Assembly: GCA_013239625.1 (NCBI GenBank) | Contig: MU053934.1 | Location: 11,999,413-12,063,412, forward strand | Length of the DNA stretch: 64,000 bases | Reading direction: 5' to 3' | From: Lama guanicoe | Taxonomy: Eukaryota | The notes under the pieces: generated by a model | Databases searched by the model: none | What the model saw: the letters and a program-made list of their open reading frames with translations, nothing else | Told to the model about the DNA's origin: nothing | Made by a program: the position numbers and the translations under genes | Part shown: one piece after another, positions 24,701-37,792 of the stretch | How the letters are laid out: every line of letters starts with the position of its first letter | How positions within the stretch are numbered: position 1 is the first letter of the stretch

Positions 24701-27700
24701 GAATGGCAGCATTTTTTCCTGAAGTAGAAACGTGGTTGTTACCTATGATTCTGAAGTAGTGTGTGCAAAAACAGTCAAGCAGCAGAGACACCGACATTTA
24801 CGACTCGGCGAGTCGTCACAGGCGGGCGCGTCCGCGACCGTTCCTGGGTCGAGAGGTCAAGCTTGCTGTCACTGGCACCCGCCCACGTGTCCTGTCCCAG
24901 TCACACCTCTTACTCTGAGCGCAGGTACTTCCTTTCCTTCATGGTTTGTGGCTGATACTTAAGTTCTGCCTGTGTCTTGTGTGACGCCTCGGCCTTCCCT
25001 GCGGGCGTCCGTCACCCACCTCCGTGCAGAGGAAGCCGCGCCGCTGGCCGGTGGCCCCGGGCTCGGTCTGGAGTCTGTGGATCTGGGCCTGCCCAGGTGG
25101 TTTGACGTGTCTCGCTGTCTTGGTTTCCTGTCAGTCGGTGGTGGGATCCAAGGCCTGATCCGGCCTGGGTTTGGCCTCTGGTAAGACTCCTTCCCGGGGG
25201 GCTGTGTCCCCCGACCCAGGCGCCTGGTGAAGGTCCCGCTGACGCAGGTAGCTGCGGGTGTGTGGGCTCGGTGTCGGCTCGGAGAGTGCGGTGGGACACG
25301 GGCGTCCCGGTCAGTCACCGCTGTGAGCCCGGGGGCCCTGTCCTCACCCGCTCCCGGCTGCCCGGCACCGCTGCATGCGGGGGAAGCTGAAGGCACGTGC
25401 TCGGTTCTGGCTCCTTATTTACCAGTTTCCAAAATAGCCAGCCATTTTCCTGTCATCCCCCAAAGCTGACCAGTTGAAGGTTTTATTTTGGTGTCAAGGA
25501 CTCACAGAGGTAACGTACTGGATGAGTTTTAACGTATCACCATCACGACCCTTTCTTAGTTCAGATCGCCTCACTTTGGGGCGGTGGGAGCCCCCAGTCA
25601 GCACCTCGGTCCTTCTGCCTCTTCCACCCACTTTTAAAGGTGCCCGTGATAACGGCGGGCCCACTTGCCCTTCCCCTGGGCCGGCAACCTCAGTTCCCTC
25701 TCATCCTTGCTGACGGCTGTCCTTTGCTGCGTCGCCCACACAGTCACACGTCGGAGGGTTGGCGCATGGGCTTCTTCATTATCACCCTGCGAATATGGGA
25801 CCCATTGTTCTGTCTGCCACGTTCTCTTATCTGAGACTAGCGTCTCTGACATTCAAGGAGGAGAGAAGACTGAGGCGGACTTCTCCCGATTCCATCACGC
25901 CCCCTCTGCTGTGGTCTTTATCCGCTATTGAAGACGTGGCAGCTTCCATTTTTACGTTTTTCACTACGTCTCTAGGAATGTTGGTTTGTAGTTTTCTTGT
26001 TCTGTCCCTGGCTTTGGCACCAGGGTGACACTGGCCTCTTAGAATAAACTGGAAAGCACTCCTGTCCTCTTTCAGAGTCTGTGGAGAACTGGTATCATCT
26101 CAGCGGATGTTTGGTAAAGTTCACCAGTGAAGCCATCTGGGACCTGGGGCTGTGTTTTTCTTCATGAGAAGGTTTTAAGTTACTAGTTCAAAGTCTTTAC
26201 TTGTTGCAGGTTTATTCTGATTTTTATTACTTCTTGAATCACTTTGGTGATTTTTGTTACTTTCTGGGAATTCTTCCGTGTCACCTACGCTGCTGACTTT
26301 GCTGGGGAAAACCGTTCATGGTGCTCTCAGCTGCATTTCGTTCCCGAGGCATCGGCGACAGTGCTCCCGCGTCTTGCAGTCCATGTCTCTTTCCCCTGCT
26401 GACCCAGCTAAGGATCGGTCCGTTTTGTCCCTGTTTTCAAAGAACCAACTTTGAGTTTCAGTAAAGGTGTGCCTCGCTTCTGTGTTTTCTGTGTGTTAAT
26501 AGCCACTGATTTTTGCCGCTTACTTTTCTCTGCCTTGGCTTGGCGTTCTTTCCCTAGGTTTTGCTTCTGTCTTTGTTTTTCGCCTGAAGGTGAATGCCTG
26601 GGTGGCTGTGAGACCTCTCTCCCCTAGTGCAGGTGCTTAAAGCCGCAGACCCCTCCCTCGGCGCCGTGTGTGCTGTGGCTCGTGTGCCGCGGTGTGTTGT
26701 GTCTCTGTCTCCATCCCGATGCAGATAGTTTCTGACTTCCCTTGTGCTTCCTGTTTGGCCCGTGGTATTTAGAAACGTTATTATTTTAAGACATTTACTG
26801 ATTTCTCTTCTGTTTCATATTAACTCCATTCTGGCCGAAGGGTGTATCTGTACAGTTTCAGTTCTTCGATGGTTGACAACGCTGGTTCTGTGGTCTGTAC
26901 CAAAGTGGCGCCATGCGCAGCCTCGAGCCTGAGAGCCGGCCGCCGCTGGGGCGCGGTGCGGACGCCTGTCAGTCCGCGTGGCTCAGAGAGCCGTCAGCCT
27001 CCCTTGTCCTTGCCCCTGCTGACCTCCTGTCTCCTGTCTAGCTGACCTGCTTTCGGGTTTGCTGGTCCTTCCTTCTGCCGGCTGCCCAGCCCCTCCGGGG
27101 AATTCCTCGTTGCAGTTTTGCATTTCAGCTTCGCAGTGTCTAATTCCATAGACGGTTCTCTTCCGTGACTTTTCTCTCTGTGGTGTCCTACGTGGTGAGA
27201 CTCTGTCCTGCTTACCTGCAGTTTCTTCTTCCTGCGCGGTCTCCTTCAGTTCTTCCCGCGTATTCACAGAGGCTGGTGCGAAGTCCTTGTCCAGTAAGTC
27301 CAACCCCTGGGCGCCCTCAGGGACAGCCGTTGCTTCTCCCCTGCGGGTGGGCTCTACTTTCCTGCTTTGCTACCTGTCTCGTCATCTTTCTGTTTTTTGG
27401 TGAATTTCCCTCTCTCTCTTGTTATTGTCAGGCTTTTGTTTTGTTTTGTTTTTGCCTGCTTTGTTAGTGGCTTTCCTGGATGAATTCTGGAAAGTCTCTT
27501 TTTCCTCGTAGCGTCTGGCCACTTAGGGCTCTGCTTGGCTAGCTTAGTGTCAGCGACTTCTTTCAATGCTGAGAGCAGATGCCTCTGCCTTCTCGGCGGG
27601 GGGCGGGGCGGGGGCGGGGCCAGGCCTTCACCGTCTGCTTGGAAGGGCGTCTTCAAGGCCAGCCGGAGGGAGGGGCCCTCAGGTCCTCCCGGGCTCCTCC

Positions 27701-30700
27701 CGCACACGCATGTCTGTTGCCCTGGGGACCTGTCAGCTTTTGCAAGCTCCCCATCGACAGCGCGTTCCCCAGGTCTTCTCAGCCTTCGGCCAGGCCCTTA
27801 CTGACCCACTGGTGAGGCAGCTGTGATGCTGCCAAAGCGCAGCCGTTTGTTTTCAACAGGAGCCCCGGGACGGGGCTGTTCCCGCAGTGCAGGCCCAGCT
27901 CAGGCCAGCCGTGCCTGGGAGCGGGCTTTCCCGGGGATCTGAGCAGCGGCTTGCTCTCTGGGGCCTCCCCTCCCCTCTCTGCCCTTCCTCACCTGTTTCT
28001 TTTGTCCCTGAGCTCCTTAGTTCAGAGTCCTCTTCCCAGCAGTTTCTCTCTAATGTGGGTCTTTGCCCTGGAGGGAAACTCGGGCTGGGTGGCTCTGCTC
28101 CAGCCTCGCTGGCCGCCACCTTGGAACCCTGGCGTGTCTGCTTTGGTGCTGGGCAGAGAGCGCCTCGGGTTTCAGCAGCGCCCAGGGAGCACCTGGCGGC
28201 CACTTCGGGACTATCAGTGTTTCACGTGCCCGGGGCTGCCCTCTTTCTCCGCCTGTACAGCTCTGATACCACCTGGGCCTTGTGTATTTTCTTGGTTTGT
28301 CCTTATATTTTTGGCTTATATTTTGGAGTCAAGGAAACACCTTGTCCATCTTGTCTTGTTGGTATTGTCCATGAGACTGGTTTTGCTCATCTAGTTCTGT
28401 GCCGTATTACCAACCAAAACGATGAACCTGGCTGTAGTTCAAATGAATAAAACAGCTGCGCTTCAGAGGGAAAACTGACCCGAGGAACTCTTGCTTATAT
28501 ACCCTCAGACCCAAAGACAAAAGCTTGTAAGCGTGTATCTCTTGTTCTCCTTGGTGGTCTCGGCTAGCGCTCCGAGTCTGCTTTCTGAATATTGTAGGAC
28601 TGAGCCATGAGTCAATCTTTTAAGGCCAGTGGGAACCAAATCTCACTGTTGGGGAAGGAAGTTACAGATTTGGGAAAAGGGAGGCTAGGATAGTGCAGTG
28701 ATGTTGGAGTGAAATTGGAGGTATCGGCGTGAACTCAGGGTTTTTATCCACATACGCGTGTAGGGGGGAGCGTGTATCTGTGGTTCTTAGTTGATTCCAC
28801 TGATGCGACGTGGAAGCAGAGGCCCTCTGGTAGCGCTGGGCACACCGGGCCCCCGCCTGTCGCCACACCGGCGGCTCCTGTGTCCGACGCTCTGGTTGTT
28901 CCTAGTGCATCGCTGAACTTCCCCTTGGGACTGTCCCCGCCTGACGAGTGTGCGTGCGTTTCCTCCAGTTCAGGTCACCTGGCCACACGTCGTGTGTGAT
29001 TTGTCCAGCAGTATTTTTTATTTCATATTAATTCCTGCAGGAATATTTTTGCTGAGTACTGAATTCTGGTTCGGCTTTTTTTTCCCGTAACCTTGAAGAT
29101 AGTGTTTCTTTGTCTCCCAGTTTACATTGCTCCTCTTGAAAAATCAGCGATCTATCCTGTTGTTTTATTCTGAAGGTGCTTCTCACGGAAGCGTTGTAAC
29201 GTGTCAGGGAGACGCGCAGGGTGGGCCCGCGCACGCCCCCCACAGGTGCCGCCTCGTGGCTCTTCTTCCGTCTGTGTCCCCCACGCGGTTATTTTAACGC
29301 AAACGCCGGGTGTATCTGGAGATACTGCAGTTAAGTGTCATGAAGAGATGGGATTCTTTTAAGTTTCACCCAAAATACTTCTACACTTTAATCAACTAAG
29401 AATGATTACTTACTATCAAATGTTAATTCAGTATCGAAATTTCCCACGCTGTCCAAAAAAACTGTTACGCAGTTTGCTGATTTGAATCAGGATTCAGGTG
29501 TAATTCGTTTGTTAGAGGAACCGGGCGGTTTGTCCTGCAGGATTCCCCAGTCTGGTTTGCTGATCCCATCCCACTGGTGTTTTAAGTATGTCCCTCCACC
29601 CCTTGTGATTTTTGTTGGTCTGCTTTCTCTCTTGTTTTCGGCAGCTTTTTTGTTTTTCTTTTTATCTTGCTTGAGGTCTGTAGGGTTCTTTTCCCTTTTT
29701 TCGGTGTAGTTGCTTTGTAACGTTGTGTCGGTTGCAGGTGTCCAGCAGGGTGGTTCAGCCTCACACACACTCGGGCTTCTTTCTGTTACAGATGGCCACA
29801 GGACACTGAACTCGTGCTGTCCAGCAGGACTTGCTGTGTGTCGTTTTATGTGTAGTAGTTTGTATCTGCTACCCCAAGCTCATTACTTATGCCCCCCGCC
29901 CGCCCCCCCCGTAACCATAAGTTTGTTTTCTGTCTGTGAGTGGATTCTGGTTTGTGAGTAAGGTAATCTGTATCTTTTTTTAGAGTCCGCATGTAAGTGA
30001 CATCATACGGTATTTGCCTCTGTCTGACTGGCTTCGCTTAGTGTGATCATCTCCAGGTCTGCTTGGCTGGGAGCTTTGGTCATGAATGGGAACAGAAGTG
30101 TTGTCAAATGTTTGTCTGCATCTAATGACAGGACCATATGGTTTTCCTACTTTTCTGTTAATAGAGTGAACCGTATTGTTTGATTTTTTAATGTTAAACC
30201 AAGCATTTATCCTCGTGGTCAACCCCACTTCCTCATGGCGTGTTGTCTTTAATACAGTGCTGAGCGTGATTTGTTAGGTTTTTAGGAACCTGCTACGTTT
30301 TGTTAAGGTTTTCCTGTGATCGTAGGGGTACGAGTCTGCTTCTTTCCTGATACTGCGTCTGCCGATTTGGGTGTCAGGATAACGCCACTTCGCGAATAGC
30401 AAGAGTGGGGAAGTCGTTCTTCCCTTATTTTCTGGAAGAGTTTCTGCTTCACCAGTACTTCTGTTTCTTTAATGTTTGGTGGAATTCACCAGCAAAGCCT
30501 AGAAGTTTTTACAGGACGGTTTCAACTACAAGTTCAGTTTTTACAGTAGATGTCGGGCTGTTTAGGTTGTCACTTCTTCAGTGAGTTTCTGTAATGTGTG
30601 TCTCTCCAGGAATTTATCCTTTTCCGCTAAGCTGCTGAATTTGCTGTTACAAAGTTGCTCATATGCTTCCTTGTTACCTTTTTGCGCTGTGAGGTCTGTA

Positions 30701-32039
30701 CTGATGATCCCCCCTTTGATTCCTGGTGTGGTGATTTTTGTCTTCTCTCTGCAGATGTTTGTCGATTTTCCTGATCTTTGCAAAGAACCGGTGTTTGGTT
30801 TCATGGGCCCCCTCCCCTTTTCTGCCTGCCACTTTCATTGGTTTCAGGCCTTTTCGCTGCTGTTTTCTTCCCCTCGTTTACTTCGGGATTAAACTTGCTT
30901 TGCTTTTCCCCTTGTTGGTTGCCACTTTTCTCCTTGGCTTACTGCACAAGTGTTACTAACCTGAAGGTACTTGGGGTTTTTCCAGGCACCATTCTCTGGT
31001 TGATGTCTCATCCAGTCCCTTGTTGTCAGAGACATTCCTCGTTTGATTTTAGCTCTTTTAAATGTACTGAGGTTTACCTTATTGTCCAGAGAACAGTCTT
31101 TTCTCTTATTGACGTGTAGTTGAGTTACGTGTCGTGCTGGGGTCTGGTGTGCAGCACAGTGATTCAGCACACGTACGTACGCAGGTTCTTTCATGTTCCT
31201 TTCTGTTGCGGTTCACTGCAGGACACTGGATACGGTTCCCTGTGCTGTGTGGTCGGACCTGTTGTTCGTCTGTTGCACGTGCGGTGGTGTGCCCCTGCTA
31301 GTCCCAGACTCCCCATTTATGCCTCAGCCCCGTTACCCTTTGGCAACCGTAAGTCTGTTTTCTGGAGAGCAGTCCATCTGGATGAATGTTTGTGTCCACT
31401 TGTAAGTAACACGTGTCCTGCTGTTGTTTGGGCCGCTCCATGAGTGTCAGGTCAGGGTTAGTAACGGTGCTGAGCGTTCCTCTCGCGTTCACTGATTTCT
31501 GTCCACCGTTAGCTCGGGGGCAGGTGGGTGCAGCTCCACCTGCACTTGCGGACCCGCCGAGTCTCCCTGGAGGTCTGTCGGGTTTGCTTCGTAGCTTTGG
31601 GAGGTCTGGTAGGTGGGTGCACACCTGGTGAACTGGCCCCTCGGTCACTTTGTGGGTGCCTCTGGTCAGTGTCGGCCACGCCTCTCCATCCCTTCGCTGT
31701 GAACCTCTTTTTGCGTGTTTGTGTTTAAAGTGGTTTTTGCAGGCAGCACGTAGACGGTCTTACTTTTACAAGCAGTGCGGCAATCCCTGCATTGCGGAGA
31801 AAACGACTTCTTTTGGGTGGACGCCCTCCTGCTTCCCCTCGTGGCAGCCTCCTCACAGGGTGCTGCTTTCCCCGTGGCACCGGCCCGTGCCCCCCCCCGC
31901 ACCAGCACCAGCGGGGCCTCCATCAGTGCGACTCAGCCGTGGAGCCGGGTTCAGCCCCCCTGCAGACACCAAACCCAGCTGCCACCCGTGTGTGTGACCA
32001 ACCGGCTGCACATCGGGGCTCCCACAGCTCCGGGGCCAT

Positions 32040-32490
32040 GTGCCTACATGTCCTGTTGTCATCTACAGAGGACATGAGAAAGGACACAGCTGAACAGCCA
32101 GGAGAGGACACACAGGGCGGGGGCTGGGGGGAGCCCGGAGTGTGGGAGCTCCTGCCCCCTGGAGTCGGGGCGACCACCCTCCCGGCTCCAGGTTGTGTCT
32201 CCTGACCTAGAAGTTCCCTAAGCCCTGTGCCCTGGGGTTCACCACGAGGATGCCATCCCTCAGTCACTCGGTCTCTGGCCTTTCCTGGAGGATGCGGGGG
32301 TGGGCAGCTGAAAGTTCCGCTTCTGAGCATGGTTCAGTCTTTCTGGTGGTGAGCCCCGGTCCCGGAGCCACACAGGGCTCACCTCACAGAGGACATTGTG
32401 TCACTCAGGAGATTACAAGGGTTTTAGGAGCCCTGTGTCGGTGCTGTGGGCAGAGACCAGCACACGTGTGTATTTCATACTATTTCATGT
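32040..32490. mobile_element. MER21-like LTR relic
   Basis: aaaggacacagctgaacagccagga..., gctgaaagttcc...ggttcagtctttctggtg, cactcaggagattacaagggttttaggagc motifs. Confidence 0.65.
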
Positions 32491-35319
32491 CGGGTGTAAA
32501 TGACGTACAATTAATTGCACTTATTTAAAGTGTACAGTTTGCTAAGCATAGACATACACACAGTTTACGTCATGTTTATGTACATAAACAGCTGCTGTCT
32601 TTACATGAGCATAGGCTACACACACACACAGTCAGCAAAGTTACAAAGGCAGCCCTTGCTGAGAAGGATGGTCTTACCTGTGAACGTACAAGCTGGCAGA
32701 CAACTTCACTGAAATTGAAAAGCACTTGCTTTCAGAAAACACTGCTAAGAGAATGAAAAGACGAGCCCCGGGCGGGCGTGTGCCGGGTGCAGGGCTGCCT
32801 TCCACAGGGCACAGAGCCCCCCGGACCCAGCAGTGAGGCCACGCACACTCGGGCAGAAGCGTGGGCACCCTGTGGCCAGGGGAGGGACACGGCTGGCACA
32901 GGGCACCCGGGCGCCCAGCGTGTCCGCGTCCAGGAGGCGGCACAGGACGGCGCCGCGCCCCGAAGATCCCAGTGGCGGCCTCCCTGGTCTTGCTGCTTTC
33001 TTCTCGCCATCTTGTTCCGACACTTGGATGCTTCGTCTCTTTCATTTCCACTTCTGTCTTCTGAGCTGTATACCTCTTCGCTTTATTTATTTGGGATTTT
33101 CTTCATGGTCCTGTGCTCTTTAGTGCATCTTTAACTGACAGCCTCCTCCAGGGATTTACACCCTGTCATTTATGCTGTAAGAAATTCCTTTTTTTCTTCT
33201 CAAAAGCACTTTTGAGCTTTTTTCTTGTACACTTTACTTCCAGGTGTGGTGCCTGTGTTATAAACTTCCCAATGAATAATTTTTACTGTAAGTAGTCAGT
33301 TATCTTTTGAAGAGATTGGTAAAAATGAGAAAAGTGCATCTTTTGTATGTTTGGCTGCATATTTAACATTCCCGTGTTCTTTATTGTGAATCTAAATTTC
33401 TGTTCAGAATCACTCCTTTTGTCTGAAGAAATGAGTGCAGTGTTTCTTGCGGTTCAGCTGTGCTGATGCTCAGTCATCTCAGCTGTCTGAAAGTGTTTTT
33501 TCACTTTAATTATTTTATTATGGCAAAATATACACGGCATAAAATTTGCCATTTTAATCATTGTTAAGCGTACACACCTGTGACGGTAAGTGCATTCACA
33601 AATATTGTGTAACTGTCACCACAGCTTCCAAACCCTTCCGTTACCCCAGAAGGACCGTCCACGTGTTAAGCGTTACTTCCCTTCCTTGCCTACCCCAGCC
33701 CCTGGGAACCCCTTAATCTGTTTTCGTTCTCTATGAATTTGCCTATTCTAGGGACCTCAGAAGTATTTGTCCTTGTGTGAGCGGCTTCTTTCACGGAGCA
33801 TAATGTCTTCAGGGTTCATCCGTGAAGCCTGTGTCAGGATTCCCTCCCTCCTTCAGGCTGATGATCTTCCATGTGTGCACAGACCACGTGTCGTCGCCCG
33901 TTCCTCTGCTGATGGACACGTGGGTCATTTCCGCCCTTTGACTGTTGCAGATGCTGCTGCTGTGAGCATTGGTGTTTTCAGTTCTTTTGGAGTCATACCT
34001 AGGAGTGAAATTGCTGCGTCATACGATGGTTCGTTTACCTTGTTGAGAAACCAGTTGACCCAGTTACAGTGTGCCAGTGTCTGCTGTCCAGCACAATGTC
34101 CCAGTCACGCATGTACATTTGTACGTTCAATTCCATGTGAGAAACCACTTAACTTCCCCACCGCGGCCGCACCGCTTCTAACTCCCTTCAGCAGTGCACA
34201 GAGGCTCCAGCGTCTCCACGTCCTGGTCGGCACTTGTTCTCTCTCCCTTTCAGTGACAGCAGTCCTGGTGGGTGCGCGCGGCGTCTCAGCGCAGCCTGGA
34301 CGTGCACCTGTGCGGCGACGTGTGCCCATCTGCGGGCCCTCCTGGGGGAGGGGTCTGTCAGGGCCCGTCCCCATCCCACCGGCGGCTCTGTGGCTGAGCT
34401 GGCGGTGTCCTTGTGTGTGCTGGGCGGTGACCCCGAGTCCGATCTGGACCGCTCTTCTGGCGGCTTGTCGTTACTCTTCGTAGTGTCATTTGATGTTACA
34501 AGTTACACGTTTTTCTTTTTTTTCTTTTCCATCTTGCTTTACTTCTATTCTGTCTCCAAAATTATTGTCTTTTGCTTTATTTAAACTGCTGTTAACTGCA
34601 CCTTGATGTATTTTGCACTTCAAACACTGTATCTCCCTTTCTGGAAACCCCATCCGGTCTTCCCTGCGTTTTCTCCTTGTCGTGGTCATTGTTTCGTTTG
34701 CTCCCCGCGCTGTGTGGTGTATTCGTAATTCCCTTTACTGCCCTCGTCTCCTGATGTCGTCGTCTGTGCAGAGCTGCGTGTTTCTGTTGGTGGTTCCCTC
34801 CTGGTTGGAGGCAACGTTTTCCTGCTTTTCCGCACGTCTGGTAGTCTGGGTTTGAACGTCACTGTTGGGTGCAGGGTGGCGCGCGCCGCTGAGCGCTGAG
34901 ACTTGCCCCAGGGCGCAGTGAGTCCGTCAGCAGCCCCACTTGGGGTTTGGGCCTCGGCTTCGTCAGGGCGGCTCCCGGGCAGCCTCTGCTCCGAGCGCCC
35001 GGGGCTGCGCCCCGAGGCCTCCGCCTGGCCCCGCACTCCATGGGGGCTCACGCTGCTGCCGGTCCTCAGTCCTGGGGGGTCTCCCAGGCACTTCTCTCCG
35101 TTGGTGCTTTGAGGGTGGGTCCCACACACCCACACAGAACGTGTTCAGCCGCAACCTGAATCCGCGTGGTGGCAGCTGGACTCTGGGGGCTGCCCTGGTC
35201 AGTGTCCACGCGCCCATCTCATCCTGTCTGAGAAGCACTTTGCACACGTAGGCCAGCCTCGAAGGTGGCGCTGGAGGCGGATCTGGGCTGCCGCGGGGAA
35301 GCCAGTGGCACGCACGTTG

Positions 35320-35520
35320 GTTTCCCAGTGCAGAAAGGTGAGGTTTACGCTGTGCTGTAGCCTGAGTGTGCGACAGCGTCATGTCTGAAAAACTGCTTGC
35401 TCACCTTAATTAAAAAGTCGCTGTTGCTAAAAGGTGCTCACGGCAGCGCAGCCAGCCACAAGCCTCCAGTTTGTGAGAAACGTAGTATCTGTGAAGTGCA
35501 GCAGTGATAAAACAGTTTCA
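35320..35520. mobile_element. Tigger1-like (TcMar) DNA transposon fragment
   Basis: atgtctgaaaaa...accttaattaaaaag...ttgctaaaa and cagtttgtgagaaacgtagtatctgtgaagtgc motifs. Confidence 0.6.
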
Positions 35521-36789
35521 TCTGGTTTGCCAGCTGTCTGGGGCAGCCCCTCTGGGAGGGGCAGACCGGTCCGCATTCCCCCGTCAGCGCCAGAGCAGAA
35601 GTCATTGCAGCTTTGTTCCCGGGTCTTTGTATTTCCGCACATTTTGCCCCCTGCTCATCAGCTACTGCAGAAGAGGGCTTTAGGATTTGGGTTGAAGCTG
35701 TGTTGAGTTTTGAGAGATCAGTTCAGGCAATACTGGTATCACGGCATCGTTGGGTTTCCTCGTTTGTGAGCTCCGTCTGTGTGGGTCTCCGATTTCTCTC
35801 AGCACGCTTCATAGTTTCCAGTGCACATGTGATGTCCATATTTTTAAAAAGTATCTCTAAATATTTTATATTATTGTACGCTGTTAAATGTGAAATTTAA
35901 AACGTTGCATTTTCAGTTATTGTATGACTAAAGGAATACTCTTCTCTATGTATACGAGGCTTGTATCTCCTGACTTTATAAATGCGCACGTTACTTCTTG
36001 CAGCTTTTGGCGGGTCCTTGTGAGTTTACCTCCACAGATACGTGTGATACAGAGAAGAGGGGCTGCACCTCTGCGTTCCCAGTTTGTGCACCTTTGGTTG
36101 CTGCTCATTTTTGTAGTCTCTTACTTTCTGCTTTTTTGTTTGTCTTCTGTATTTTATTTTTGAGAGCTATGTGTAATTACACGTGTGAAGTGTGTAATTA
36201 CAGGTGGCGTTGTGGAACTACTGTTGCGCATGACCATCTTGTACCTGCGCGCGGCAGCTCCGGGAGTGCAGCCTCCTTGCTGGGCGCCTGCTGCTTCTGC
36301 TTTCGGGCCTGGTGTTTCCCTGTATGTGTAGTGCTGCCTTATTTATATGCTAGTTTGTGATCCTGAATATCTGGCTTAACTCTGGGGTTTGTTACTTGGG
36401 GTGCTTTCTTCCCGAAACCACCTGCGCTTGCTTCAGGTGGCGGAGCGGCAGCCACAGGAGGGGGTGGGGTCCCTCGAAGGCTCTTGTCCTCGCCTTTGCC
36501 TCACTTTGGAAACGCGCTGGTTTGGAACGAGTCCTGGGGTGACCTCCCTGCTGTGGCCCAGCCCTGCATGGGGGCCACTGGCATGGGTGGGTGGATGGCC
36601 GCCGCCCCCGGATGCCTCACTTGGCGCTGGAGGCTCGGCCCTCCCTCCGCGGGCCCCACGCACTGTCCCGGGAACGCGGTGCAGGAAGGGGGATGAGGCT
36701 GCGCTCGGTTGCCAGGCAGGGATGCGTGGTGGGTGGGGGTGGGGTGCACCCCCCACCCCACCCTCGCAGGGGCCCACCGGCCACCCTGC

Positions 36790-36872
36790 CTGCTGCAGCC
36801 CAGCCTGCAGGGGGGTGCTGCTGCAGCCCCGCCTGCAGGGGGGTGCTGCTGCAGCCCCGCGGGGGTGCTGTG
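36790..36872. repeat. Short GC-rich tandem repeat of about 26 bp
   Basis: gcctgcaggggggtgctgctgcagcccc repeated about 2.5-3 times. Confidence 0.75.
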
Positions 36873-37474
36873 GCTTGAACCGGACCTGAGGACCTAAGGT
36901 GGCAGTTCCTCCGGCAGCTCATTCGCGGGGTCCTGGCTGCGGTGCCTCCTGCTGAGGGCAGCTAGGTGGCCCCAGTCAGGGACCAGCCAGAGTCCCCGCG
37001 GGTAGGGCGGGGCGGCCAAGCTTCTCCCTGCATGTCCGGGCACAGGCCGGCTGGCACTGCATCCAGGCAGGTTATCCGGGCCCTTCATTGGCCTTCCCCG
37101 GGCTGAGCCACCCCAGTGGACATGAGGTGGACACCAGGGTGACCCCGTGAGCCCGTCCCCTCCACAGGTCGCTGTGCTGGTAACCGTGAAGGGCGAGCAC
37201 GTAGGTTCTTACCCCCAGCAACCCTTTTATGCTGTCTGGCCCTCTTACCAACAGGTTGTTTGAATTTAAATTCATACCTTTAGTTTTTGCTTATTTTGCA
37301 TTTTCAGGATATTTTCGTGGTGTAAGTGGATTGTAAAAAAAATCAAGGAGCAAGGTTTCTATTTCAATTCACCATCATGTCATGTCTCTGCACGTGGAGA
37401 CTGATGTGCCCATCACAGTGCAGACTGGACACGTGTGACTTAGATCGTGCCTCACGTGATTCGGTCTCTTACAG

Positions 37475-37792
37475 GTGACGCAGACGGGTCCCTGTGCTGC
37501 CAGGATGACCAGACTCCTGTCCCCACGGCCGGCAGGCCCCTGCTGCGTAGGCACGCATCCACACCGTGCAGTGTGGCCTGGTCGGACTCCGGGGGAGCTG
37601 TGCTCTGCGCCCTGAGATGACATGGACTCTGGACTCTGCTTCTCAGCAAGATCTAGGATCAGCCATACTCACAAACACCCCGGAAGATAGGGTCACTCTG
37701 ACAGAACTGAAGCTGGGCACCCGCGGGGCACAGATGAGCACGTGGATTGACTTCCTGCCCACCTGAAGCCGGCCGAGTAGTTATGGTCAGTC
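37475..37792 (+). other. ZBED4: Probable 5' UTR part of the ZBED4 coding exon
   Basis: Acceptor gattcggtctcttacag|G at 37474/37475. An alternative strong acceptor ttattttgcattttcag|G lies at 37307/37308. Which one is used cannot be determined from sequence. Confidence 0.5.

Larger units (their letters stand above)
25600..36300 (-). mobile_element. Patchwork of old antisense L1 fragments in the ZBED4 intron
   Basis: T-rich plus strand with L1 remnants (minus ORF 30562-30804: GIISTDLT..EAYEQLCNSKFSSLAEKDKFLERHTLQKL) and L1 3' ends at about 29700-30060, 31110-31360 and 33510-34300. Interspersed with other repeats; boundaries approximate. Confidence 0.75.
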
